This document shows, piece by piece, positions 1 to 12,500 of a stretch of DNA of 64,000 bases. This DNA comes from Thalia democratica (Eukaryota), in NCBI GenBank assembly GCA_965202585.1, contig OZ241826.1:43710001-43774000 (forward strand). The letters run 5' to 3'. The position numbers were made by a program, and so were the translations under genes. Position 1 is the first letter of the stretch. Every line of letters begins with the position of its first letter. A model generated the notes under the pieces. That model did no database searches. It saw only the letters and a list, made by a program, of their open reading frames with translations, and was not told the origin of the DNA.

Positions 1-409
1 GGTTCATGAACTAATTAATCTTAAAAATAAAAAGTTATAATCGTTTGCTTTCGAATACTTATTAACAAAAGCTTAATAGATTTTATACAAATCAAATATA
101 CAAAACTACTGAGTACTTGATTATATGTGTACAATGAAAAAACACTACTTTTATCGTGACAAAATAAATAAAAAGTACAGTAATTATATTTTTCATAACT
201 AATTAAAACCTGAGTAATGTTTTTATCTTTATCTATAAGTGTTGCAAATGCTACATAAGTATAAAAATTTTCCTCCAGTAACACATATGAAGATTTTTAG
301 CTTTCTTTTAATAACTAAGACTATAAAGTTGATATGCTTTAAAAATACACAACAGTTTATAAATTTTATATTACTTTGCAGCAGTGTTTTCTAAAATGTA
401 ACTATAGAG

Positions 410-600
410 CAGGGTTTCCAAAAGTAGGCCATTATAGAAAGTAAGGGGGCCACAAGGTAAAGGGGCCCTAAAACCATAGTTTTAGGTTTACACTAGATAT
501 TATGGAGTTGATGATGAAGAGCAAAAAAAAGTTCTTAAGCGTATTCAAGGGTAGTTTTGCAGGTATACTTACAATTCCCACCCAAGATAAGTTCTAACCC
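410..600 (+). mobile_element. hAT-like MITE fragment (CAGGGTTTCCAAA terminus), related to 49536-49747
   Basis: Starts cagggtttccaaaagtaggccattatagaaa...gggggcc, similar to caggatttcccaaagtgagccatatagaaa...gggggcc at 49536. The right end is not resolved and the end coordinate is approximate. Confidence 0.45.
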
Positions 601-625
601 AGTTTTTTCATTTTTTAAACTTAAT

Positions 626-665
626 TATTATTATCACTGTTACCCCTAATCCTTGGTCGGTAAGC
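626..665 (-). repeat. Fragment of the interspersed repeat also found at 43251-43611
   Basis: Reverse complement ttaccgaccaaggattaggggtaacagtgataata resembles the internal repeats at about 43377-43420 and 43510-43550. Confidence 0.55.
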
Positions 666-1350
666 GGTTCTTGGATTAGGTCGATTAGGAATTGATCGTG
701 GGTTGGAATTTAACGGTTCCCAGTTTTGAAACACCAGATTTTACTAGGAATTTTTTTAATTTTTAAAAATATACTAAGCCGGATACTAGTTTTATGGATC
801 AAGAGTGCACATATTATGTTTCTAAGAGAAATCTTATTGCAGGGAGGCTATTGTTTATTTAATTTCTTTAAAGGGCGCGATGTGAAAAGTTTTTTTTAAA
901 AAAACAAATAAACTTTACAAATCATTTTTAAATTATAAAGTACTTAACAACTTTTAAGTTTATCACAGTATTAAAAATCTATCACAGTATTGATAGAACT
1001 TTGCAACTTTATTGAAATCGACATTTTATTTCTGGGTCAGCTTGTTTTTCATTCAACATTTTTTTAAGTTTGTAAGTTACAGTCATCTTAAGATTAAGCT
1101 ATGGTCACAGCTTTTTTAATATTTAGCAGTAATTACATTTAATTTTTATACAACATTAATTGATCAAAGTTTTTTTGTCAAAGATCCCTTAAAGAAGATC
1201 CCTTAAAGGGTGAAACTGAGTTTTACAAATAAAGTTTTGATTAATTAATGTTGTATATCTGTCTCCTTATTTTCAAATAAGTTAAGAACTATTTTTGTTC
1301 AATTTAGAACCTCAGATATAAATTTAATTTTTATCATTTATTATAATACT

Positions 1351-1490
1351 AAAAAATTGGTTAAAAAACCACTGAAAATAACTGTCTCAGTTATTTAAAA
1401 TAAAAACACTGAATATTGAAACGAAAGATCTCTGTTTTTATTTTAAAAATTTAAGACAGTTATTTTGAATAGTTTTTTAACCATTTTTTT
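1351..1490. repeat. Inverted repeat with ~60-bp arms (MITE-like)
   Basis: aaaaaattggttaaaaaac..gaaaataactgtct..ttaaaataaaaac (about 1351-1408) is mirrored by gtttttattttaaa..agacagttattttgaa..gttttttaaccatttttt (about 1433-1490). Confidence 0.7.
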
Positions 1491-2739
1491 TAATCAAATT
1501 AAAATATGTCCGATTTTTGTCTAAAATAGGCAGAGTTCCTATTTTTCATTTATCGTCCTTATCATGTTACTGTGACAATTTTCAAAAAATAATTTCTAAA
1601 CACGAAAAGTTCAATAAAACAAATATATACGGTTTTACAACCTACTTAACTTACTCTTTAATCCATTTCAAACTTAAATAACAAGCACTTAAACGTTTAT
1701 CATTAGTACATCATTACATATTCATCAGATTATTAAAGTACAAGTTTTGTTAAAGCAACTTCTCATTTTATTACAAATTTAAACTACTGATAGTAAAAAA
1801 ATAAAGTTTCAAAAATAACTGTGAATGTAATTTTATATAGAGTTAATAGCTTTGTCAGCACTTTATAATTATATGAATGTAAAAAAGTAGGTTTTTGATT
1901 TTGTTAATAACCACTTTTTTGTATGCTGTACTTGGTCTAAAACTTTACATTATTGATATCTTTTTTAATAAAACTTACTTCTTTGTTTTAAACTTAATTT
2001 TTTTGTTAATGTTTGCTTATGCAGGACAAATTAAAAAACATTCATCAAGAATTTACAAAGGACGAATGTTTATGAAATAAACTACATAATTTTTGATTTT
2101 AAGCAGTATTAATATATTTGTGCTCTGTATACAAAGTTGAGAACTTTTAAGTTTAAGAAAAAATATTAAATACAATCTTTTTTCTTAAGCATTTCATAAA
2201 TAAAAAACGGTTTACATTAAGTGATCAGTGATTTACCTACTTAGCAATAATCTTTGTTTAAAAAAATCTACAAACAAAAACTGTTACTCCTGGCTAGGTG
2301 TCAGAAATAGACAAACCGGCACTTTTGTTTAATCAAAAAAGTCAACTCTTTAAATTTAGCAAAATATTTATTTATTAGAAAACAACGTTTTAAAAAAATA
2401 AAATAAGTTTAAAAAGTTTTTAATTAATACAGTTAAAGCTCGTTTAAAAGTTACCCGTTCTCATTAAAAACACTAATATCTTTAAAGTTTATATCTTTAT
2501 ATAATTTGTAAAATGTAGCATAAAAGCTTAAATTTTAAAATTAAAGAGCTTAATTTTAAAGTTAAACAAAAAAAACTAACGAAAATTTAGTAAATAGTTT
2601 GCACTTGCTTTTTATTGTCAGTACTTGCTTAATATTTTATACTACAAGTTATCCGTTAAACTAACCAAAAGTATTTTCAAACATTTAACTTTTACAAAAA
2701 AAAAGAGTTCAAGAATGAAAGTTTTATTAATGTATTAAG

Positions 2740-3318
2740 TTATGTTAATTTACGCCAAACCATGTTTTTTTTCAGTTTTTCTCTCATTTCGTTTATTTCA
2801 CGGAAATAGCGAATTTTGTAAAACAATGTCTGCCAGGCTTTGCGACGTCTAAAGTTTTTATCTTCGACATCAAAGTCTTTAGTTGCACACTTTATTATAT
2901 TCCTTTCAAATAGTTCTTCTTTTATGCCCTTTTTGATATCATTAAGGTAGCAATGTTCAGCATCCATCGGAGTCCACATTTCTTCTGGTAATAAATCTTT
3001 ACGAGCTTGTAAAAAGTTAGCTCGAAGACACCGATAAATTCGAGATTGGTGTTGTTCTTCTGTCATGCGCTTGCGACACTCTACATACAAAAGTTCTCTT
3101 TCTAATCCTAAATCATCTTTCAATAATCCCACACGAGGATAATGTTGCTTAAGGTAATCCCACTTTCGAAATCTACGTTCCAAATCAGTAGCGTCCTCTT
3201 TAATACAAGGAAGCTGATTTTTGAACTTTCCAACTTCCCAGTCAGTGTTTACTGGCGAACTACGAACACCTGGTACAATACGATTTACTTTTTGAAAGCC
3301 TTGTCTTACTACAGACAT
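2740..3318 (-). CDS. UQCRB: Cytochrome b-c1 complex subunit 7-like protein, 192 aa, intronless CDS, extended at both ends
   Basis: Core RFRKWDY..YPRVGLLKDD..E..KRM..E..QSRIYR..RA......K.LLP.E.WT..D....YL matches the UQCRB/QCR7 family pattern (RKWY...GLMRDD...EAIRRLP...RMFRIKRA...K..ILPKEQWT). AATAAA lies at 2728-2723 just after the stop, and a splice acceptor (ttttttaag) sits about 13 nt upstream of the ATG. Confidence 0.85.
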   Translation of the reverse strand: MSVVRQGFQKVNRIVPGVRSSPVNTDWEVGKFKNQLPCIKEDATDLERRFRKWDYLKQHYPRVGLLKDDLGLERELLYVECRKRMTEEQHQSRIYRCLRANFLQARKDLLPEEMWTPMDAEHCYLNDIKKGIKEELFERNIIKCATKDFDVEDKNFRRRKAWQTLFYKIRYFREINEMREKLKKNMVWRKLT

Positions 3319-6300
3319 TTTGCTATTTCAGCTTAAAAAAACAAAAATACTTTAAAAAAGAAACATTGTTCACAGTTTTTATGAAAGTATTTAAAATAAA
3401 CTTCATACAAATTTATTGTTAGTTACGTCATAATAGTAGAAAAACATCTAGTACATCTGTTTAAAAAGCTGAAACACTTTTAACTTAGTATACGATTTTG
3501 TAACTCACCAAGGTTTTATGTTACTTACTCTAATAGTTCTTAAACATGTTTTAAAAGAATATTTTATACAGTCTTGAACAAGACATTTTTGTTAATTTCA
3601 TACTTTTTTTGAAAAGTACAAACACAGTATAACAATAGTATTTACTACTTCCTTTTCAACATCAATTTAAAAAAAAGTTGTTAGCTTATTAGGTTTGCAA
3701 ACGATTTTGTTTTGTTTTCTCATAAATTGAAAACTATTATACTTCCAAACGTATTATGCCTGTCCTTTTTTTCAATAAAAAAAGTATTAAACTAGTAACT
3801 TCAAAATACATTAAAAGTTAATTATACTTAAAATTATTATTTCAAAGTACAGTTATCTGCTGCATAACTCCGAAGATTAAACAAAAGTTGCAAAAAATAT
3901 GTAGTTTATACGGAAGGTGATTGTACTAAGAGAGTCTATTAGTTTTGTAGATTTAGATTTTGGTACACTTAATGTCATATAGTTAATAAAAGTTTATTTT
4001 GAATCAGAAATACTTAATTAATTAACCTAACTGGAACCATCGAACATATAATGAAAGAGTTGATAAAAAAAAAATATTTTTGTACGTTGCCACTAAACAA
4101 ACGATACAAATTATTATTTTGGTGCGTGTTTAATGGTGAATACCAAAAATATAAAGGATACTGTGCAAAACATCGTATAGCTTTATAGAATAATGCAGTT
4201 TGAATAGAAAGTCTTTTTTATGCGTTAGCAAATATTTTCAAGCTATAAAAAAGCAAAATAGACTTTTTTTAAGTATTCAAATCTCATCATAAAGCTTATT
4301 TATACTGATTTAAGATATTTATTAAGTTTCAATTTACATAATCTTTTTTTGGTTAAAGCATTTTTTGGTTTTATAGGGAAAGAATTTTTTTTTATGAAAT
4401 ACTACTTTAAGAAAATAAAATTATATTTTTAAAAATGTTATAATTATTTATATCTTGATTTGGTATTTAAAACTTTTGTAAAGGTAAAATCAAAATCATT
4501 AATTTTTTGAGCCTTGTTATTCGGTTGCTTACCATAGTGACTTAATCAAATGAAAGAAGTCATGAAAACAAAACTACTACAAATATATGTTGATAAAACT
4601 AAGTAGCTAACTAATGTAGCAATATTTAACAGCTTATAAATTAAATTATATAGATTTTGATGCTTACAACTTATACTAAAAATTTGCTAATAAGCTTTTT
4701 GGTAGGTTGTTTTTTTGCAAACTGTTTACCTATTCTTAAAAACATTTTTGTAAAAAACAAACAATAGATTAGATATGTTTTACAAAAATTTAATTTGTTG
4801 TACTTTGTATACAAAGTATTGAGCAGTTTAAATTACGTTTAAATAAAACAACAAAAAATATATTCTCAAAAGTTATTTGATATGCATGCAATAGCTCGTA
4901 TATAAAACAAAATAAGAAAGTACCATCTGTTTTTTCAACTTAGTTTAAAGCTATTTTAAGATTTAGAATCTCTCCATCTTTTTTATATGTATATCTCAAA
5001 GTTTCGGCAAATATTTGTTATCATTTAAACTATTTTTAAACAGCAAAGTATGTTTTACAATCTGTGAAGTGTGTTAAAACGTTAGTAACAAAATGTAGCT
5101 CAATTATTTGCATAATTAAGTCAAAGTACGATCGATTTTAACTTCAATAGATTAACAACATAGATAAGGTCTTTCAACTTTATCACTAATAGTCTTGACT
5201 ATTAATTAAGGTAAAAAAAACAAAACTGGTGTTCTTACAAAAATGAAGCCAGCATAGTTCCTGTAGTAAGTAAATAGGTATTCATCATATTATAAGAATT
5301 AACTATAATAACTATAATAATAACTAACTAACTATTAATTATGACTAACTCACTATTGATAAAGTTATTAGTATACTTTAGATTTAACTAAGTATAGTTA
5401 ATTGTTTTCTTTCAAAAAAAAAAAAAAACGTCTTTTAAGCTGAAAATTAATATAATTTAGAAATTTACAGATTATAAAAACATTTGTGGATGACATAACT
5501 AAGTTTTTTTGTTGTGAGTATGTTATTCACTTTTAAATATGTTATGTTTTACAAATAAGTCTAATGATTATTCACTTAAAATTCTAATAAGTACGAATTC
5601 CACATAATAAAAAGGCATGTAAATAAAAATATTATATATCTTCATTAAAGGTCTATTAAAATGACCTAAAAAGTGGAGTCACTTACAAAAATGATATATT
5701 TTCAAAATTTTAATAGACTTATTTTTTCACCAAAAATGTTCCTAAAAATTAAAAGTTTTAGGTGAATGCATACTTGTGGAGATCTTAATTTTTATGAATA
5801 TATATTCATTTTTCTAAAGATATCTGTTGTATAAAAACTTTTTCCTTATAAATGAATAGCTATGTTTCAATTATTAAGAATGGTGTTAATTGCAAAAACG
5901 GTATTTTGTTTTTTAGTCTAAAAGATATTTTTGTTCAGTAACTCTGAGCTAAAAAGGATTAAACAAGTTAGTGTTTTATGAAGATATTATAATTCATATT
6001 AAAGCTTCGTATTAACTTGTGAAAAAAAATAAATTGTAAAACATGAAACTATTGACTATTGTATGCTAAATTTGATATAGCAATAAATCTTTCTCTTTTG
6101 ATTTTGGTTTTCAGCCTAAAATCAGTGCATTCATGTAGTATCTATATGTATTCAATTAGGATTTTATAACAAACTAGTTGAAACAGAACACTTTTATTGT
6201 AGTTTCAGTCATAAAAAATACTAAAAAACAGGACTTTACTATTTATTTTCATAGCAAAAATGTGGTAAACGTATTTATAACTATGATTTCATTGCTTAAA

Positions 6301-6551
6301 AAAAAAAAAAAAAAAAACGTTAAAGCTTTGAAAAAAGAGCGCAAGCTTGCAAAATTTACTTATCCAGTTCTAATAACAATGAAAGAGATAAGGGCAACTC
6401 ATTTTAAACAACAACCAAAAAAACAACGATTTTTTTTCGTGCAACAAAAACATTCCTGCGGCGCGGCAAAAAACAATCTAGTTTCGCTCCGATTCGCGCC
6501 AAATTATCCAACTCGAGTCGCTGCAGCTTTCAGCCAATCGCAGTCGTGTTT

Positions 6552-9500
6552 TCAACCACTTCGTCGCAGCTCGGCGGCGCTACCTACCGGTGATTCCGCT
6601 TTGCTCGACACGCGGTCAGTTTCAACGCTTCCTCGCGTGTCGTCTATTTCTTTGTCGATGTTGAATATGCTCGAATGCTGGCTGGCTGAGGTCTTGCTGC
6701 CGTCGTCTCTCGCGGCTTTGCGCCGTCGGACTTTGGAGTCGTCCGGGCTTGCAGAGTCTTTACTGAGGTCTGTCGTTTCGCTTATTTTTATGCTGGGAAT
6801 TTCTTGCGGAGCGACGCGGTTTGCCGACCTTTTGTTCGGTTTGTTCGCACCTTGAAGAACTTTTATGCTTTTTTTGCGAGGTTTACTTTTGCATCTACGC
6901 TTCGAGCTGTTTTCTGTGTTTGTGCCGAGAAAGGCCGGATTCGTAAGAGGAAGCTCGGCATCTGAAAAAAAAAAAGTCAAAAACAGGATATTTCAAAAAA
7001 AAAAACGAAAAAAAATTTACTTGAGGAAAAAAGAGACTCGTCAAAAGCCGTGTCGGTCTCCAGGCTGAGGAAGGAGTCGACGGATCCCGACTGCTTGCAC
7101 TGCTGCTGGTCGTCACTCACCTCCTTCGCAACCTCCCCGCCGCGCCCCTTCTCCATCTCGTCGTAGTTGCCGTGGGGTGGCGCGCTCGCGATGCTGATCA
7201 GCTCGTACCCGCTGTCGTACTTCCCCCTCGAAGACGACGGCGAAGCCCCTCGTTGCTGGACCGGGGAGAGAAAGAAGCTGCGACGCTGGACGCTGGGCGA
7301 GGCGTAGTCGTGCGTGACGGTGAAAAGCTGGTTGCTGGTTGGCTGCTGGCTCCGCGACGAAGTGACAAGCGAGGTGGAGCAGTAGGTCGTGGCCGGCTCG
7401 CCGCAGATGGAAGCCAGCGACGGCTTCCGCTGCAGCTTGATGAGCATGACGTCGTCGCGGCTGTTGGCTATCAGGTGTGACGTCACCGAGTTCTTGAACA
7501 GGACTTCTTCACCTGAGAAAGGTTGGTAACTTTTTTCAAAGCGGTGAGCTTGTATTACAATGAGTAAAGATTTGCATTCATTGGAATAAATTTTTAAATG
7601 GTCGTCTACTATTCTTTTGCGAAGTCTGAACACTTAAACATTATCATTAGTAAAAAGTAATTTTCAAAAGCTTAGGTCAACAGTGTTGGGTAAAACTTGT
7701 TGTAAGCTAACAGTTATGACTACAGTAACATAAAAATAGCTTAGGAGTCTTATACAATATTAACTTGAGTTGTTTGAGTTTTTGTTCGCCTCGGCAATGG
7801 CAGTCATCGATGACGGAGGCGGAGGCAGTTCCGAGTAAAATCCGTTTGATGACGTAGTTTTGGTTGTGACGTCACTTTGCTCGCTCTTTCCGGACCTAGG
7901 CGACTTGACTGAACTTTCGTCACTGTTGGTAGAAACACATTTTAAATCAAAAACAGCAAGCTTGTTAAACAAGAACAAATACACTTGTTCAGATATTTTA
8001 TTTTCTGGTATGTTGGCAAAAACAAACGCGGTATAACGAAATAGTTGATTGAAAACACAATAGCTGTTTAAAATACAACTTAGGAACGGTTATGTTTTTG
8101 TCTCGAACAATCAAGAGTATGTTAATTTAATTTTATAAAAAAATTGTAGTACTTTTTTTACTAATAAACACAGATTATCAAAATAATAAACAAGTATTGA
8201 TTCAATGAAACAAAATAAAACTGACTTAAGTAATAACGTATTACAACAGAATTGACAATGAAAAATTTTAAGCCATAAAGTTTTCATAACTAAACAAAAT
8301 AAGTTTATACAAAATTGAATGAAAATAATTATTTTTTTTGGGTTTTTACATTTGTATCAATTTAAACTGATGCTTACAAAATATAAACTTTTATTAAACA
8401 TTCGAAATAAAGTATATTGGTTTAGAGCTAAGAAAATCTTTTAATAACTTAGAAATATTTGTTTAAATTAGAATCTTATGGTAAGCAAGGTCTAGTTCTA
8501 AAAATATTCTTGTACTTAAAATAGCTAATTTTAAAACCTTTCTTTAATTGAATAATTGCTTGTAACATCAATTTTTAAACACTTAATTGGAAAGAGCTAG
8601 TAAACAATGAGCGATGTGTTAAAGTTTGAAGTTGCTTTCACACACTTAACAAAAACAATTTACAATCAACTCACCCGTTTGTTATTTGAGGGGGCGGCAC
8701 AGGAAACGGGGTTATCTTTGGAAGGTCGGAGTGTAAAGCCTGTTAGGTCGCTCAAGTTTACAAATACTATATGCAAAGAATACTCATATTCCTCAAAAAA
8801 ATAACATGACATAAGTAAAATAAAAACCAAACTCTAAAACTGTGTTACTTTTTTAGCGTAGGACAATTGTCATGCGTTTATATAAAGTTTAGTTTGTTTT
8901 AATACTACCTTTTGTGCTTATACATACGATAAGTATTTAGTTAGCTTAGCCTCCGTTTTATTATTGGAAATTTTTTCTAAAGTGTTTTACTTGGTACAAG
9001 TAAACCTCCAAACATATACTCAAAAGTACCTCACCTTGGCATACTCGTCCCTAATGTTCATCATCACGATGCTGCCGTTTCGCTTCGCCGACTCCAACGC
9101 CTCTTTTCTTTTCATGGATTTCTCCTGCCTGCGCTGCTCCTTGTAAAACTCGCTGAAGTTGTTCACGATGATCGGGATGGGCAGCGCGATCATCAGCACC
9201 CCGCTGATGCAGCAAATTGCGCCGACAAGTTTGCCTGTGACGTCATAATGTTTCAACCGTCAGGTTTTAGTTTCGGCATTAAGTTAGACTGGAATTGTGC
9301 TTCTATTAATGTTTTTTGTGTTTTACTGTGCGGTATATAAGTTCACTGCTGTATTTTGTTATGTTTTACTGAGAATTATTTTTTTTTTGTTTTGTTTATA
9401 AAACTCCAAACTACTTAAAAGAATAGGTTTATTGTTTTGTGTAGTGAATCTGGTCATTTTACTAAAATCTGTTTGTTATAACAGTTTTAGTTGTACTGTA

Positions 9501-12500
9501 TTTATATGTGACTATAGGTGTTGTAACAAATGAATAATTAAATATTTTTTTAAAGAACTAGCTTTGTTGTAATTTACATGTATAAGATATTTAAAACCTT
9601 AAATAAAAAATCTTGTTAAACACATCCGATTTTAAAAATCAACCTAGTTAGTTTACCTCATATCATTTATATTCAGTATTTTCTAAAATAAAACTTTTCT
9701 TTGAAAATTTTATTAGCAAAATACTTATTAGTGTTTTCTACAGATGTAATACACAAAACCCACCTACTAATGTAGTGGGTACTACGTCTCCGTATCCAAC
9801 AGTTGTCATAGTAATAGTCGCCCACCAAAAAGAAGCTGGTATGGAAGTGAACTTGGTCTTATCTTCATTCTTTTCAGCAAAAAAAGCTAAACTGTTAGTT
9901 TAAATAATATAAAAATTAAACATTTTATTAAAATACACTAACAAGTTTTAAGACAAACAAATACTTGCATGTAAAACGCATTTATAACCAGATGAACTTG
10001 CAAAACAACGTCCTGTGAATTACATACTATTATATCAGATTAATATCTATGTGTCATACTGAAACATTTATTAGTGTAATTGATCTTCCTAAATTAATTT
10101 ACGCTTTCCTTGGTGGATTATGTTAGACATAAAGCTGGTTTTCATGCTTGTCTTATAAGCATAACATGAGTTTCCTGTTTAAATGACGTTCATTTCAAGC
10201 TGAAACATGATCAGGAAGCTTCATTGAATGAACAACTACTTAGTATAATAATTATAAACAGATTTGTTTTTGATTGATATCACTAGTTTGTATACTTGCA
10301 TGCATACTTTAAAAAAAAAGGAATAAAAAAGAACCTTTACTTAATGTAACAAAGCGACAAATAACAAATTAAAACATTAAATTTTTTAGAATAGTTTTCC
10401 TTAAAGTGTGAGCAGTAACTTATTTACTGATTGTTTTCTTTGTTTAGAAAAGCAAACTAGAATGAAAATATTTTCACAGTACTTATACATTATATCCTTC
10501 CTTATTTTATTCTATGTTTTTAATTTTTTAACAAGTTTGAATGTATTTTTCGTTGATAAAAAATAGTAAAACATTTGAAAAAAATAGTTTCCTTTAAAAT
10601 AACTAGTTTTTACTTTGTGTACAAAAGTTTACTTTGGTGTTTAAATGTTTACAAATTTCTAAAATCAACGGAACAAAGATGAGATGAAAAATAAATGTGG
10701 TTGAGTCTTTTTTATTTTGTGAACAAAAAAATTTTTAGAGAATTGAAAGGTTTTGAAAACTTTAATTTCATTTCATGTAATTATTTTCAATAAAGTTAAA
10801 TACATTTACTTTATAGTAAACAAAATATTAATATCACTTTAGTATTTGTTTGATACATTGAAAATGTGTGTTTATTGTTCTAGTTTTTCTTCAACGTTTA
10901 AAAAATTAAATTTAATTCTAAAATTGCTGGTGCATTAGGTTTCTATACAAGAATGAATTAAAGGTTTATGCAAAAACTCTAAGTGTGTAGATTAATAAAT
11001 TTTACGTCTAGTTAAATCAAAAAAACCTGCGATAATCTGTTTTACTTAATTTACTTCTAAATTAAAAGCCTTCTTCTTAAACAAACACAATTTTTTCTAG
11101 TAAAACCGCTCAAAGGATTAGTTAAAGTTTTTAAAACCCGAAAAAGTTGTTTTTTAACTTCAACAAAGCTTTTATGAAAGGCTCATCAATTTTTAATTGC
11201 AAAGGCTAAAGCAGCGTCTTGTACAGAAAATACTTGTATTTTAAGCTTATTTCAAAAAGCTTTGAATGAATGTAAATTTATGAAAAATGTTTTTAATAGC
11301 TAGTTTATATAGGGCATGGATTTTTGAAATTCTACGCAAAATAACTTTGATACTTGAAAGTATTAAAAAAAGTTTATATCTAGCTCATTACTGGTGTATA
11401 AAATTTTGTTATTTTACAACTAGTTGTTGGTTAAATTACAACTAGTTTAACTACTTAAAATAGTTTATATACTTCAAAACCATTATTACTATTAATGTAC
11501 GAAAAAAATTAAACGATTACTTGAAAACGTAAATTTGCAACATTAAAACTATGTTATAAAGAGCAAAAACTTATAATTAGTTATAATTAATTTACATAGA
11601 AAAAAAAAACATACAGACAAATTAAATTGTTATAAAGGTTAAAAAACGTTCCTTAAACATTAAAAAAACGAGTTAATGATTTTGTTGACCTCAAAAATAA
11701 TCTACATAGCATGCATTCTTCAAAGAAAATTGTAAAAGACGGTCATTAGGTCGCGCTGTTTTCCTACTCCAAACGAAACATTGCTTAATTAGATGTCATA
11801 ACTGTAATTAAATTCGTGTTGTGCGACATCTTTAATTCTCAGTTGTTAGTCTATTACACTTTCGGGTGAAAAATAGTAACCTAGTTTTCAAGAGAAATAG
11901 CAGCATGTTGTAATTTAAAATAAATGGTTTGATAAATGATTTTTTGGTAAATATTACACACTTTTGCACAAAGTAACTGTAATTTGTAAAAACTGTTGTT
12001 GTTTTAGATAATTATTTATTTTGCAAATGGGTAGTACTTTGGCGATGAATTTAGAACAAAAACTTTTTTATTCGCTTTCAAATGAATTCTTTTCACTAAA
12101 ATTTAAACTGTAATAAGAACTTTTTAGTATGAAATCAAATTGTCAATAATAAACCAATTTAACTACCAATAAAACTAGGCTGACGTATCAACATGCTCTG
12201 CTATTTCTTACCTTGAAAACATGATGATGCCGATTGCGAGGAAGAGCATGAGAAGCCCCAATTCGTTGTAGCTCCTCTGCAGGGTGAACCCGAGCGACTG
12301 GAGCCCGGTGGAGTGCCTGGCAAGCTTCAGGATGCGCATGATGCGCATAATCCTGAAAATTTGCACCACCCTCCTGACATTCTCGAACTGCAGGATCTCC
12401 TTGTAGGCCTTGTTGAGAAACATGGTGATGTAGTACGGCAGAATCGCTGCAATCAAACGATGTTTTATTTTTGACTCAGGTTTGGTTTTTATTAAAGATT

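Noticed and set aside
1895-2080. Plus-strand ORF and possible terminal exon after ttatgcag (2023)
   Set aside because: No recognisable product, and I found no compatible upstream exon in 1-2000. It is probably an AT-rich chance ORF.
6178-7480. Long plus-strand ORFs (6178-6855, 6865-7068, 7172-7480) and the minus-strand ORF 6895-7116
   Set aside because: Antisense or off-frame shadows of GC-rich Kv2 exons, with poly-A-derived Lys runs and no domain.
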